Origin: Macrostomum hystrix
Taxonomy: Eukaryota; Animalia; Platyhelminthes
Direction: 5' to 3'
DNA: 64,000 bases
NCBI GenBank assembly: GCA_950097015.1
Contig: CATNEN010000034.1
Span: 5,704,001 to 5,768,000 of the forward strand
Below the pieces are notes generated by a model. That model worked only from the letters and a program-made list of their open reading frames with translations, was not told the origin of the DNA and ran no database searches. Below are positions 23,105 to 36,886 of the stretch, one piece after another; positions within the stretch are counted from its first letter, which is position 1; the number at the start of each line of letters is the position of its first letter. The position numbers and the translations under genes are program-made.

Positions 23105-23460
23105 GAGTTGATTCAGGCTCCATGCCTCCACCTCTGCTGCCGGATTCAGCTCCGACCAGCTGTCGCCGGCGCTTCCAGCTGAACGGTCTTAGCGGCTTGT
23201 GTCGCGACCGTCGGCCACTCGTGACAAAATTCCGTGAAGCTCAGGGCCGTCCTGGCCCGTCCGCCGCCGTGGCTGCTGTCGACTTCGCTGTTGCTGCGGC
23301 CAGTTGTGGGGCGGCCAGTGCCCGACTGCCTCACGTGACGCAGCGATTGTACACCACCGAGGCGCCTTACAATGTGAACTCTACGGAGGCTCGTCTGTTC
23401 AGGCGGCTGTTCAGCAGGGCGTTAGATCCCAGTGTGCTACAGATGACCAGGGCGGGCTGA
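23105..23460 (+). other. Possible orphan N-terminal exon of a Cys-loop (nAChR-like) gene
   Basis: Acceptor tttttttccag at 23104, GC-rich open frame with a hydrophobic AAVAAVDFAVAAA stretch and TEARLFRRLFSRALDPSVL, resembling the first extracellular helix of nAChR subunits. No downstream exons found. Confidence 0.25.
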
Positions 23461-24975
23461 TTGCCTGTTTTCACCTCAGAGATTAGGGGCGGGCAGTCTC
23501 GCTCTGGACATCGGCATATGGAGTCACAGAATCCAAATTCGAGTTTTAGTTCAAGAAAAAATTCGCATAAGCCATTCGTAGTAAAACTAATATTTTTGTT
23601 AAGTCTGCTTAGTTTTAGGGTTCCAGAGATTTTTACAAACTCGTCATTTTTTGTTATTCCGTGTGCCTAAAAGTGTGCTTATCTTGAGCAATACTGGGAC
23701 TCGCCTGCTAGTCCAGCTCTTATTTTTTATCACATACCGTCTTCTTTCAACTACAACTTAGAGATGCTGATGAACGCACAGGCAATGAGAAGCAGTTTTT
23801 TTTAAACCAAAATAATTATAACAAACACTGCTCTGTTTCAGTGGATTCATGCACTCGTCATCTTTAGTCCACATTAAAGTTTAGTCCTACAGCTATAACT
23901 TTTATAACATGTTAAGTATATGTACTCAAGAATACATGCATGCATTGGTATATGCGAGACGATTTAATACCGTGTATGCTTGACTGCGATGGTAATCTGT
24001 AGAAAATGACAATTAACCAATCGCTGATTGATCGCTAGATCACGCTCAACGGTGCAGTCGCAAAGAGTCCCATTAGATTTCTACCACTCGAACTGCTCCA
24101 GGTGGCCGAGAACATCAATACGCTGACGCCTCAGACAAGTAATTAGGGCCAGTTTTGGGCGCTCTACTCGATGCGCATGCAGGTCGAATGTCGATCAAGC
24201 AGAGGTCAGGTCAGTGTCAACTTTTGAAAAGTTTTCAGACTTTTGAGAAGCTTTGCTGCCCGGCAGTGTGCATAACACGAGCTAAAACTTCTATATCAAT
24301 TAAACGACTCAGACAAATTATTTGAAGCTGTTGATTAAAATATTGTTTTAAAACGTGATATATTACTTCAGCTTTGGCTGATTTGCATCGGCTGATTTGC
24401 ATTACACTACTGAATTGCTATGTAAAAAGCAAAAATGAAAAATGCATAGGTTATACCATTATTTCTGAAATACACGCAGCTAGCTAATACAGAAATGCAA
24501 TTTTTCTCGATATCTTGGGCACATACGAAAGCAACTACGAAAAACGATAGCATTAACACACAAAGAAATTTAACAAACTAATTAAATAAGTTACACATAT
24601 CAGTTCTATGTTATGCATTACTTTTTAAATAATATTTCAGAGTTAGGTTTTGTTTTGACAGCTTCTATAACCTGAGTAGAATTCCAATTTGATTTCTTAG
24701 AAAGCATTATAAAATCCATTGTGCGCGCGTAATTTTATCGTCAAAGTAGCTGTCCTGCAGTTTCAGTATTAGTTTATATATTTATATATGCGTGTACTGA
24801 GTAGATATAATTAAGAACATATTTCATTCAATTTATATATCAACTCTCGAGCTACGCCTTTAGTGGTTTTATATTCGGACGCCTTCATTAAAAATCTGTT
24901 TAATTTGTAACCGCAAATGTACAAATTTATAATGATTTGATTGATAAACATAGGGTATATATAGTAAAAAATAGT

Positions 24976-27900
24976 ATGGATCGAATCGATAGACGAGATG
25001 GCGATCGCCACATATTTGCACGGCTCTATGTAAAAAGTCAAGTGTATCTAATGACTAAAGAGCGTGTTGTAGTAGGAAGAAACAGCAGTAAAGGAAGTGT
25101 TGATGTCGACATGGGCGTCTCCAACTTCATTTCAAGGAACCACCTTGAGCTTTTTCATTCCCAGAATCGCATATTCCTTCTCTGCAACGGAAAAAACGGA
25201 GTCTTTGTAAATAATGAGTTCCGAGCTCATTCAAAAGATCCTTACCTGCTACCAGAAAAGTAAGTATTTGTTACTTTTTCTATTTAACCTAAATACAGGC
25301 TGTAATATTGTTATAATTATCTTAATATGATCTTAATGCTATTGCTGATTATTCATAGAGTTATGCTATAACCAAATTTTTCCCATATCTGATTCTATAT
25401 AAAAGTATCTTTATCCATCACTAAAAAATTCCCATAACCTTCCATAACCTTCATATTATATGCATTGCTTCTATATAGATTTGTGTAACTCAGATAAATG
25501 ATATAATATATGTAGTTTACTCTCTACTATATTATTCTCTGTTAGGCACAACTTCCTTATAATGCTACATGTACATGGAAATTAAATCTTAAGAGCTGAA
25601 GTCCCCAATGCCAGCAAATCAAGAGTTTCCACTGTCAGTAGTCTTGAAGAAGTGCCTTTGTTATAATCCTATGATATCCTATCTATATTTAAAAGTTTAC
25701 ACCTACCAATATTTAACACACTATAGAGAACCCCAAATTTGTATGTGGCATTGAAATTTTAGAAGGGCTTGTGTCCCAAATACTAAAGAATTACGAGTTC
25801 CCATTTAGGCAGTCTGAAGTGTCTTCATATATATTTTTTGTCATTAGCCCTCATAAGGCTCTATATATTTTCATAGCCATCCTAATATCCCCCATAAACA
25901 TGCATGTAGCCTTGAAGTCTCAAAGGTCTTGAGTTTGTATTATTTTTTGTTTCTTTCTCTATCTCTTTCTTTTTTTCTTATCTTCGTTGTCACTGCATTG
26001 TTTGTTTTACTTATTTCGTTGCAAACTATATTTGAGAACTCAAGATATAAAAACTATATATATGAAACAGAAGTTCCTATAACCATATTCTTATCTATAA
26101 CTTCCCTTAGCCATCTGTAGTTATAGCAAAACTCTAATTATTCAGAATCAGAAGCTTATAATATATTTATTTCTTTGCAATACTAACCCTTGGTAGGAAA
26201 ATTATTTCAAAACCAAGTTTTTTGCTGCTTTCTTGTAGGTTTACAAAAGGCTTGTAGGCCTTTCACTATATAATAACTATATAACATGTACCTACTCGCT
26301 TGTAATAAGAAGTTCAATTGCAAAATATTTTTAACATTCTAAAGCTTAAAAAACTGAAAATGTGTCATTTTTTCAACAGTTAGCTAAGCAATTCTTATTA
26401 TATAGTTCTGTACAATAGAGTTTGTTTATTCTAAGCTTACATTTCAATATTTTTTTCCAATGTATGACAAGTTTATATTTTCCTCAATGATATAAGTAGC
26501 TATTTAAATATGTTATTTGTGTAAGTCAAAAGAGTCCAAAAAGTTATAAAAAGAAAAACATTAAGACTTGTGGTCTTTTGCCATTTTTATCAAAGCATAT
26601 AGCTTTTTTATTTTAGCATAAATAAACTAGCTAGCAACTGTTTAGTAAATTTGTTTTCTTTTATAGCTATTTTTAATGGAAGATTGCTATTTTCCATCTA
26701 GTTAATTTTATTCTTGTTTTTTGTTACTTACTATTACCTTTTAACTAATAGTCACAACATGTTTTAATGAACATTACATTTAAATAAAAGTTTACATAAA
26801 ACAACCAAACAAGCATTGTAATACACCTTCATATTGTTGTCATTTTGGTAACTTACTTAACTGTTACTGATGTGTTTATTGTTTTAATTTATATCCTTGT
26901 TAGAGTGTGCATATTTATCAAATCCATTATGGAGACAAATTTATATATAATATTATGGTATCTATATGTGCCAAGTATGGTTACATGTTACCTTATTTAT
27001 TATGTAGACTTTTCTGTTCATATATATTTTCTGGTATGAGACATTAAATTTTTACTTTATTAATATTATTTAGTCATTATTATTATTATCAAAAAGTCCA
27101 ACCCAAAGTATACCTACCAGTTCAGTTGTATCCCTGTGCATACCATATGATCCATGAGCATTATTTGTGTGGAAGCCAACAGACCATTTGTTAATATTAC
27201 TTTTTTTATATTTTTATTATAATTTTTTTATATTGTTAGTTATTCAGATATATAAATTCCGACCTATCAACAAGCTTTTTTAGTTACTTGAATATTTACT
27301 TCCGCGTTTTTTATAACGTTTGTTTGTCTAGTGCTTAACACTGAACCGAATTCCGCCAATTTTTAGTTGCAACATGAGATTCCCCAGCACCAATTTGAAG
27401 ATCTTTCTGGAGAGCTGCAAAGATGAAGAGCTTCACGTTCATCGGCAAAGTCAAAACCAGATGCTCAATCCGAGTCTGAGGTGAGCAGAGAAATCAAAAT
27501 TATTAGCTAGCGGGCCAAAGAAAAAAACTAAAAGACGACAGCGGGCCGCATTGACTGTAGAAGTATCAGATAGGGGAGAGATATACACAGAATAGATGAA
27601 AGGGGTAGACTGAGACCGAGGAGAGATGATACAGACGAATGGTAAAATATGATACTGTAGGTGTCGGAAAGGGCAACGGGCCGAACTTGGGAGCTTCGAG
27701 GGCCGCATCTGGCCCGCGGGCCGGAGTTTGCCGACCCCAGGTTTAGACACGAAATGAATGCCCAGAAATCCTAACGGCTTCCGTTCCAGCACCTCCGGCG
27801 GTGGCTCCTTGGACGGCGGCCTGTCTCCGCTGCACGACTACGACTGCAAGCCCGGCCTGGGGTCCAGCGAATCTGGCAAAAACGCTACAGACCGTTCCGT

Positions 27901-29020
27901 TATAGCTGGCGGCAATGGCAGTGGCGGAGCCTCCGCTGCCGCCGCCGCAGCTGCCGCCGCCGCATCCGCCGCCGCCGCCGGCATGCCTGACGACCTGCTG
28001 CTGCCGATTCGCCTGCCGGTGCCGCACGATGCTGACGATTTCCCGCCTGTGCCAGCCTCGAATGAGAAGCCGGCCTTCTCTTACGCCCAGCTCATAGTCC
28101 AGGCCATCATGAGCACACAGGAGCAGCAGATGACACTGAGTTCAATCTACAACTTTATCAGCCGGCACTATCCCTATTACAAGCCGTTTGAGAAGGGCTG
28201 GCAGAATTCCATCAGGCACAATCTGTCCCTTAATCGCTATTTCATTCGGGTGCCCAGGTCGCACGACGAGCCAGGCAAAGGTGCCTTCTGGACCATAGAC
28301 AGCGCCTATAAGCAGAAGCTGGCCGCCGGCGCCTACAGGCAGCGTCGGAGTCGCGGCGTGGCCGTCTATAGAAGCGACCCGGTGCTCATCAAGGCTGTGC
28401 AGCGCTACTCGCCAGATACAGGCGAGCTTGACTCACTTAGCAACTATATTCAGCACGCCCAGCAGATCAAGGCCAACCTTAGTCGGGACGCCTCGCCGGA
28501 GCCGCCAAGCTCAACTCAACAGCTCCTTCATCTTCATCATCAGCCGCACCAGATGTCGCACGACTCTTCTAATCTAGCCGGATCGTCGTCTTCGTCATCT
28601 TCGCAGCAGCAGCAGCAGCAGCAGGGTCATCATGCGCCCCCTAGTGGAAGCGGAGGCTCAACAGCATCGGCTTTGGCCGGTGCGGCCTCCAGCCGTGTTC
28701 AGCTACCAACCGGCGGCATTGTTCACACGCCCCGCCATCAGTCGGCCTCGTCTAACCTCATACAGTGGCGACGAAGCATCGCCGCCGCCAGGACTCCAAA
28801 CGCGTCGTTAACTGGCGCCGCTTCGTCCACCACCGCTGCCGTCGGCGACTCCTATGACGACGGTCCACCGCCGCCGAAATTGGCCCGGGAATTCGTTGTT
28901 GTAAACAGCTCAGCCGCTGACCGAGGCGACTCAGCGGCCGAGGCTGAGGAAGACGACGACGGATTGGCCGATGTCGATCCGGAGACTGAGCCCGACGATG
29001 ACGCCGGAGACAATGAGTAG
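24976..29020 (+). CDS. FOXK: Forkhead box K transcription factor (FHA + forkhead), 3 exons
   Basis: Exons 24976-25259, 27367-27480, 27766-29020 (phases 2, 2). FHA: VVVGRNSSKGSVDVDMGVSNFISRNHLE...NGKNGVFV...CNMRFPSTNLKI. Forkhead: KPAFSYAQLIVQAI...WQNSIRHNLSLNRYFIRVPRSHDEPGKGAFW. Confidence 0.95.
27686..27740 (-). mobile_element. One end of a hAT-like MITE in FoxK intron 2
   Basis: Minus strand GGGGTCGGCAAACTCCGGCCCGCGGGCCAGATGCGGCCC resembles hAT/Charlie-type termini; no matching opposite end identified. Confidence 0.45.
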
Positions 29021-29997
29021 CTTAAATTAATCCGGCATCAATCTTCACGTCCGATTATACACCTCTCTTTCTTTGAAAGTTCATCTGTCCAATCCAGTCA
29101 AGCTTAGATTTTTTATTCAGTTTTTTAATGTAAATTGTGTCATTCTGCTTTGTTCCTATCTAATTTCGTATATCTCGAATACCAGATCTAGATCTTAAAT
29201 AATCTCTGTTGTTAATAGCAATTATTACTGTCGGTCTAGTAAACTAGACTTCATTGTTCACAGTCAGTGAGTGCTTTGTCAATTGTCTTAATTTTTATTC
29301 TTATAATTTTTACTTGTTAAATTTATTGTCAAGCTGCATTGCTATTTGAGTTCGGACATAGATATTGTTGTATAGTGTCGCGCACAGCTTGCCAGTAGTA
29401 TGTTGTGCAAAAGACATACGTAATTTAATCTGTCCGTAAAAATGCGACATGGATTGTTGATCTGATCTTCTACTTGCTATTGCTGCCGTGCAATTGTCTT
29501 GGGCCTGTACGAACATTCTGATCCGCATTCTGGCACTGTTGTAAATTGATCCAGCCATTTTGTAAGCTTTAGGCGATGCCTTAAGCTTTTGTATGTACTA
29601 TGTCCTATTGTTAGGCGTACTTAGCTGTTGTTCATATTTTAAGAAATTCATTTTTTACATCTTCAATTTCTATTTATTTTAGTGAAGTCTATTAATTAGA
29701 ACACGCATGCAAATCTTTATTGATTGATTCGATTTGGTTAGTGGATTATTCATATTATATTATATCACTGCATGTAATATTGTATGAAACTATTCTATTG
29801 ACCATTGTTCAGTGGTGACCAGTTGCTTTGGTGGTTGGTTGAATCAATCAGCGCTTGTGACTTGTTTACGATGCGGAATGAAATGAATAAAATAATACTA
29901 ATTCTCCCAGCCGATAAATTCATTTTATAATTATATTTTTTAAGCCGACATTTTATGTAGATTAGAAATGTTGTTTGGAAACCAAAGCTCAAAGCTT

Positions 29998-31294
29998 AAA
30001 GCTCATTGAATAAGAATCCAAAGCTCATTGAATAAGAATCCCCCAAAGCTCATTGGATAAGAATCCAAAGCTCATTGGATAAGAATCCAAAGCTCATTGG
30101 ATAAGAATCCCAAAGCTCATTGGATAAGAATCCCAAAGCTCATTGGATAAGAATCCCAAAGCTCATTGGATATGAATCCCAAAGCTCATTGGATAAGAAT
30201 CCCAATGCTCATTGGATAAGAATCCCAAAGCTCATTGGATAAGAATCCCAAAGCTCATTGGATAAGAATCCCAAAGCTCATTGAATAAGAATCCCCCAAA
30301 GCTCATTGGATAAGAATCCCAATGCTCATTGGATAAGAATCCCAAAGCTCATTGGATAAGAATCCCAAAGCTCATTGGATATGAATCCCAAAGCTCATTG
30401 GATAAGAATCCCAAAGCTCATTGGATAAGAATCCCAAAGCTCATTGGATAATAATCCCAAAGCTCATTGGATAAGAATCCCAAAGCTCATTGGATAAGAA
30501 TCCCAAAGCTCATTGGATAAGAATCCCAAAGCTCATTGGATAAGAATCCCAAAGCTCATTGGATAAGAATCCCAAAGCTCATTGGATAAGAATCCCAAAG
30601 CTCATTGAATAAGAATCCCCCAAAGCTCATTGGATAAGAATCCCAAAGCTCATTGGATAAGAATCCCAAAGCTCATTGGATATGAATCCCAAAGCTCATT
30701 GGATAAGAATCCCAATGCTCATTGGATAAGAATCCCAAAGGTCATTGGATAAGAATCCCGAAGCTCATTGGATAAGAATCCCAAAGCTCATTGGATAAGA
30801 ATCCCAAAGCTCATTGGATAAGAATCCCAAAGCTCATTGGATAAGAATCCCAAAGCTCATTGGATAAGAATCCCAAAGCACATTGGATAAGAATCCCAAA
30901 GCTCATTGGATAAGAATCCCGAAGCTCATTGGATAAGAATCCCAAAGGTCATTGGATAAGAATCCCAAAGCTCATTGGATAAGAATCCCAAAGGTCATTG
31001 GATAAGAATCCCGAAGCTCATTGGATAAGAATCCCAAAGGTCATTGGATAAGAATCCCAAAGCTCATTGGATAAGAATCCCAAAGCTCATTGGATAAGAA
31101 TCCCAAAGCTCATTGGATAAGAATCCCAAAGGTCATTGGATAAGAATCCCGAAGCTCATTGGATAAGAATCCCAAAGCTCATTGGATAAGAATCCCAAAG
31201 CTCATTGGATAAGAATCCCAAAGCTCATTGGATAAGAATCCCAAAGCTCATTGGATAAGAATCCCAAAGCACATTGGATAAGAATCCCAAAGCT
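29998..31294. repeat. 23-bp minisatellite AAGCTCATTGGATAAGAATCCCA, about 56 copies
   Basis: Direct tandem repetition with occasional 22-bp and 25-bp variants. Confidence 0.98.
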
Positions 31295-32626
31295 GGTTGC
31301 TGGTAGAATCCCGAAAGTTCGATCGATAATTATTCGAAAATCTCACTTTTTCATTAATCCCAAGCGCTGCCTGGTTTAGGATTTTAAATCCTAAATCCTC
31401 GATCATTATCCTATTGATTCCATCGAAAAGTTTCATTGCTCTCTCTCTGTAAATACAGTAATAGAACAGCAAGTGCGCATTGTCACGTGTTTAGTTAACT
31501 ATTTAATTATTGTCTGCTGGATTTCCTTGTACTAGCTGGTTTGTGTATTTGTTAGTTTTCCTTGCATCTGTACCAGTCTAATTCTTTAGCATCTGGCGCA
31601 TCTCACACACCAATGGCTAACAGTGCACACACTGCGTGGTAATGCATATATATATATATTCTTATTTATTATAATATGTTAATTACACCAATCTATTATT
31701 CTTATTTAGAGCTAAAGCATGTGTACTTTCTCGTAGTTTAAATGTATCTAAACTTAAGTTTAAGTGAATCACAAATGAAATTTTTCAGTTTTTAATCGTG
31801 AAGAAAATGCGTTTAATTTTGTTCTCTGCAATTAATTTCACCTTTATGCCAGCTATCGATAAAGTGTAAGTGTGTTTCAATAATTAGCTGCCTAATAGAG
31901 AACGCATATATATTTGTAAATAGTTTGTCAACATGTCTAAACAGTGTTTTCTACCCCTTCCTATTCCGTATTGATGTTCTTTTATATATTATTATTAGTT
32001 TTAGTAGATTATTACTTGAGTGTAATTTTATTTCCAATGACGATTGTTAATACATTGATTCTTTGAAAGTTATCTAGGCTTTAGATATGATTTATCTAAG
32101 AGAAAATTTAAGACAAAAGTTGCTGGAGAGATAATATAAATGAAGAGAAGTTGGAAAAGGTTTTGTATCACTAAAGATCAATAATAACACGTATACATGT
32201 CCTGATCCCGTAATGATAGTCAATTTTGTAAATAAATTTCTGGTTTCTGGTAAGAAGCTAGCTATTATTGTTGCAGCACTTGTCGTTCTGGTTGACCAGG
32301 TGGCCATCTACCATATACGCTTGTTTAGAATTGAGGTGTGCCGCTGATAAGGCGCAAATGTTATTGTCTGACTTGACTGTGCAAATCCTATTTATTAATT
32401 CACGACGGCACCGCTTTTTTGTCTCTTTTTTTCTATATCAGTTTTGTTGTCAATGATAATAAATGTGTACAATTGATAATATTCTATCCTCTCCATGTCC
32501 TTGACATTCTGGCACTGCAAAAGCAAAAAATACCAAAAATGAAAACCCGGCTTTGTTTTGTGTGCAAGTGATTTCAAATTTATTTGTTTCTACTTTTACA
32601 ATAGTAATAGTTATTTCATAGAAATA

Positions 32627-33157
32627 TCAAAGTTCAAGTGCAGCCGATCGATAACTAGCTTTGATAGCGCCCATCCGGCTGTCCAATCGGAGCAGGCGCG
32701 CCTTCTCATTAGCTAGGGCTACAATGAGCGGCAGGGCAGACTCGAAGTCGTGCTTCGCGGCACGCAGGCTGGGCGGCGGCAGGGCGGCAAACCAGCGCAT
32801 TGCCCGGTTGCCAGCCTCTGGGCTGTGCGCCAGAGAGAAGTCATCAGCCAGTAGGTCGGCTTCGCTGTCCTCACTGACGCTCAACGAATTGTCAACGATT
32901 TCAACAGTGGACGAAGCCGCTCGCATGTCGGCCTCGCAGTACTGCAGTTGGCCGAGGCAGGCGGAGCCGCCGCCGCCGCCGCCCGCCGCCGGCATGGCGG
33001 AGCAGCGGGTCTTGCTGAGGCGGAGGCGGCCGCCTGCTAGGTGGACTTCCAGCGAGTTGGCCAGTGTTAGGTAGCGCGACACGGACTGCATGTAGAGCAC
33101 CAGTAGCCTGTCAAGACGGCCGTCCGGGTCGCTATCGTCTCCAACTTCGATGGACAT
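32627..33157 (-). CDS. CCDC115: V-ATPase assembly factor CCDC115/Vma22 homologue, intronless
   Basis: LDRLLVLYMQSVSRY...GRLRLSKTR N-terminal helix and MRWFAALPPPSLRAAKHDFESAL C-terminal motif typical of the family; ATG 33157 follows an acceptor at 33173. Confidence 0.8.
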   Translation of the reverse strand: MSIEVGDDSDPDGRLDRLLVLYMQSVSRYLTLANSLEVHLAGGRLRLSKTRCSAMPAAGGGGGGSACLGQLQYCEADMRAASSTVEIVDNSLSVSEDSEADLLADDFSLAHSPEAGNRAMRWFAALPPPSLRAAKHDFESALPLIVALANEKARLLRLDSRMGAIKASYRSAALEL

Positions 33158-33974
33158 TGTGTCCGATGATGGCTGCGGGATAATAGTATATAGTATTAGT
33201 ATTAGCAAAATAAAATTGCACGATAACGTAGCAGATATAGAACAGTTTAAAAAACCTCATCTTTTTAGCTTCTGGGCAAATGCAGACTTTCAGAAATTGC
33301 AAATAGTCAGGTATTGAGACTACTTAATACCTAGACACCTGGACAGATATTAGTCCATAGTCCATGGAAACAGCAGTCTTGAATCCCATGCCTAAAGTAG
33401 CAGTCTGAAATCCTAACCTTAACAAAGTCTGAAATCCCATCCTTGAAGCAGTTTAAATCCCATCCTTGAAGCAGTCTGAAATCCCACCCTTGAAGCAGTC
33501 TGAAATCCCATATTTTAAGCAGTACTGGTGAGTTAAGCACAAAAGGTAGATAAAAGATTTTGCTGCAGTACATGCAGAAAAACGAAATATCAATAAAACT
33601 GCAATATCAACAAAATGAAGCAACTTTTTCTTCGGGCAGACATGAATAGTGAAGTTGAAAACAAATTCCTTCAGTTTATTATTAATTTTTTAATTGAATA
33701 TTGTTTGTGACGTACATACGAAAATTGTAATAAAAACACAGGGCACTGAATTCTTTTAAACTTCTGTTACACAACGGTCTCAAAAATGAAAAAATGTAAT
33801 GGTCAGCAATCGTTAGGATTTAAGGGAGGAGGGACTAAATTGGTGGGACATTGGCGGGTGGGTCAATGAGAAGTTTTAAAAACTTTTTTTGATAGAAAAG
33901 GCTTTTTCTTTACAAATGAAACATAAGTTACAGAGTCCAACTGAGACATGATGGAAAATACAGGTACTAGGATG

Positions 33975-33976
<2 letters not shown>

Positions 33977-34025
<49 letters not shown>
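33977..34025. repeat. (CA)n microsatellite
   Basis: About 24 CA units. Confidence 0.97.
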
Positions 34026-34026
<1 letters not shown>

Positions 34027-36616
34027 GTACACAGCTCAAGGGACACTAAATAGTAATAAATAGTGTATCTATTATGTATATACGTAGATAAGTGTTGAAT
34101 AGGGAAATCATCTATATGGAGTCACTAAAACATACATACGAATTAACTATTTTATATTGCACTAGCCAGTACAATAAAAATAGTTTTACATTAGAAAACG
34201 TGAGCTTTAACTGCGTAAAACAAAATTTACGGATTTGTTACAAAGCAACAAAGAATCTTTTTTCTTGAATTGATTCCACAAAACAAGGACAAACAGAATA
34301 AGAACAGAGCGAGAGAGAAAGGAAATGACCAAAATTGAATGATAAACAGAACAAATGTTGGGGGACAAAAACACGGAACACACTAAAGCTAAAAATAAGA
34401 TATGCAGGACTATAAAAATAGTGTTTGAAGTACGGAATACTAAAGACTAACTACACTTATAAATTAACAATTCTTTAATTTAGGAAAAATGACAGATTTC
34501 GGATACAGTACACGGGGTCAATTATCCCAATTTTCATAGCCTTAAAAAAAAAACTTAGTGAACTTTTGCTTCTCACACTTACAATGCGCCAATATATTAT
34601 CATTATTCATATTTTACAGTCATTAGTTCCTCACGATTTTATATTTGATAGGCGGAAGAACTGTGGAGGCAGAGAGGGAGTTTAGAAATTAGGAAATAAA
34701 TGACAGCGCAAAGTATCAATTGATGCGCGGAGCAGGGCATCACATTTAGCGCGCATGTTTTAGGCAAATGATTTGCTTCAGCTTCGATTGGCTTTTCTGC
34801 ATTAGAAATAAACAGCGAGCTCGATATTTGAAACTATCAATAGAATAGTTGAATCCATATCATACAGCAGAGCATAGCGCAACGCGTTTTACAGAAGTAC
34901 TATTGGCGATCTCGACACAACGGTTTTGACCATAGACAAACGGGTGTGCTGTCCTGCGACAAACCCCCTTGTCCTTCATTTATTTTGTCTATGGTCAAAT
35001 TCGAATGGTGCGAAATTAGTGAAATTCTTGTTTGACGAATCAGTTCTGCCAATTTTTTTGCTGCCAAGCGATAACAAAGGGAACAAAAGATCGGATGATT
35101 AGCCGCCATTAGCCATTGAAAAACATGAGCGCGAAATAAGATTCTATTCTGTCGAAGCAGCAGCGCCTAACGCATTTTAGTTAACGCATCAGAATTCCGA
35201 TAGTTTTTCTAGCTAGAAAGCTCTCGAGCAGTTAAGTAGACAGTTCAGTAGTAATAGGCTGAGGAAATGTAAGCATAAACGCTGATTATTTTGGCCTGTC
35301 ACTTCAGCAACAAACCGGTGGGAGTGAAATGCAGATTTCTTAAGAGCTATCCTTTGTTAGCCTTTGTTTAACAAAACACGATTTTAGTTAATTACTGAGC
35401 CAAGATTCTCGCATTATCAAGCAATATTCGAGACTTCCGCTGTCAATTGATCGTTCAAAAACAAACGGTTGCGCCTTAAGTAAAAAAGCACAGTAAAATC
35501 ACTGAAATGCAATCACTTACCGAGGTGGCGAAGAAAGGTTTTATAGCTCTGCTTTAAAGAAAGGACAACTGAGTTAGTTGCTCTTCTGATCGCAAAAAGT
35601 AAGGCGCGTTTAGCCACTGATCTCGATCAACGCATATGAGATGTGCAGAGAGAGGCAGCGAGTACGTGCTACAAGGCGGCTCTTCAAATTCTTGCAGATT
35701 GCATTTAAGGATGGAGAGAAAGACAGACAGACAGAGTCGCAGAGATTGCAGACTAAAGAAAAACTAAGAAATGAGCCTGGGTACTCAGGGTAGCGCCCAG
35801 CTGAGCTAGCGGTTGGAAAGCAAAGACTCCGAAAAAATCCGGATCTAATGTGGTGCAAAAAGTAAGCTCACAAACACAATAAGTAATCTGCTGCCACTGC
35901 TGCTGCTGCTGCTGCTGCTGCTAAGCTCACATAGAAACCGGTTGTCCGTTTATCCTGTCTAAAGCAATACGCATCTGGCGTGAGAAACTAAGATCAGTAA
36001 CAATATCGGTGCAATAAGCTTGTTGATAGAAAGAAGACAAATGGCATTAATATACGAGTTGGGACATTGGGGGCTTTATTTAACTCGCTCGCAGCTTCTC
36101 AGGGAGCATGACATTTTGGGGAACAGGCTGTTGCGGAGAAGAAAATAATAACTAAAAAATGTAGACGAATAACAGTGACAGAAACACAATGACAGAAAAC
36201 AATAAATGTTAAAATGAAGAAAAACAAAGCAAGACCACACAACTATACCGAGAACTAAGGACAACAAGACAATTATAAAATAAAAAGACCGACAATGTCG
36301 ACAAACTGATGGACACAGAGCATGAGAGACGGATAGCATTGCTAGTTTGAATAACTTGAAAATCGTTATAAAATTTCAAGAATTCAAGAATAAAATCCGT
36401 TTCCCAAGCTCCGGCTTGGCTTAATGGCCGATGATAAATTTTATATCCAACCAATAAGACAGTATTACTTTAAGTAGTAGCTCCCCAGATAGTGCTTTAA
36501 AACCTAGGGCTGCCGATAAAAAACACAGACGTTGACCCTACCTTCCAAATAACTGCCCAGGACATCATACCCCAGTCCCTTATAGTTGTTTTGCCGCATA
36601 AATGATTCAATATGCG

Positions 36617-36850
36617 TTAGCCAGGATGCACCGAGCCTGAAGCCGTATAGCCGCCAGGCATGGAGGCGGTTGGCGGTAGGCCAGCGGCTGTGGCGCCGCC
36701 GTACATTGCGCCGTACATCGGTTGGGTGCCGTGGTTGGCGCCAGCGCCACCACCAGTGGCATAGTGCGAATAGGCACCCGGTGTGCCGTAAGCCGAAGCG
36801 GTGCTAGTGAAAGCGGCGGATGCCGAATAGGCCGATTGAGATTGCTGAGC

Positions 36851-36886
<36 letters not shown>

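Noticed and set aside
29310-29558. Degenerate CR1/L2 LINE 3' end
   Set aside because: Similarity too weak to support by eye.
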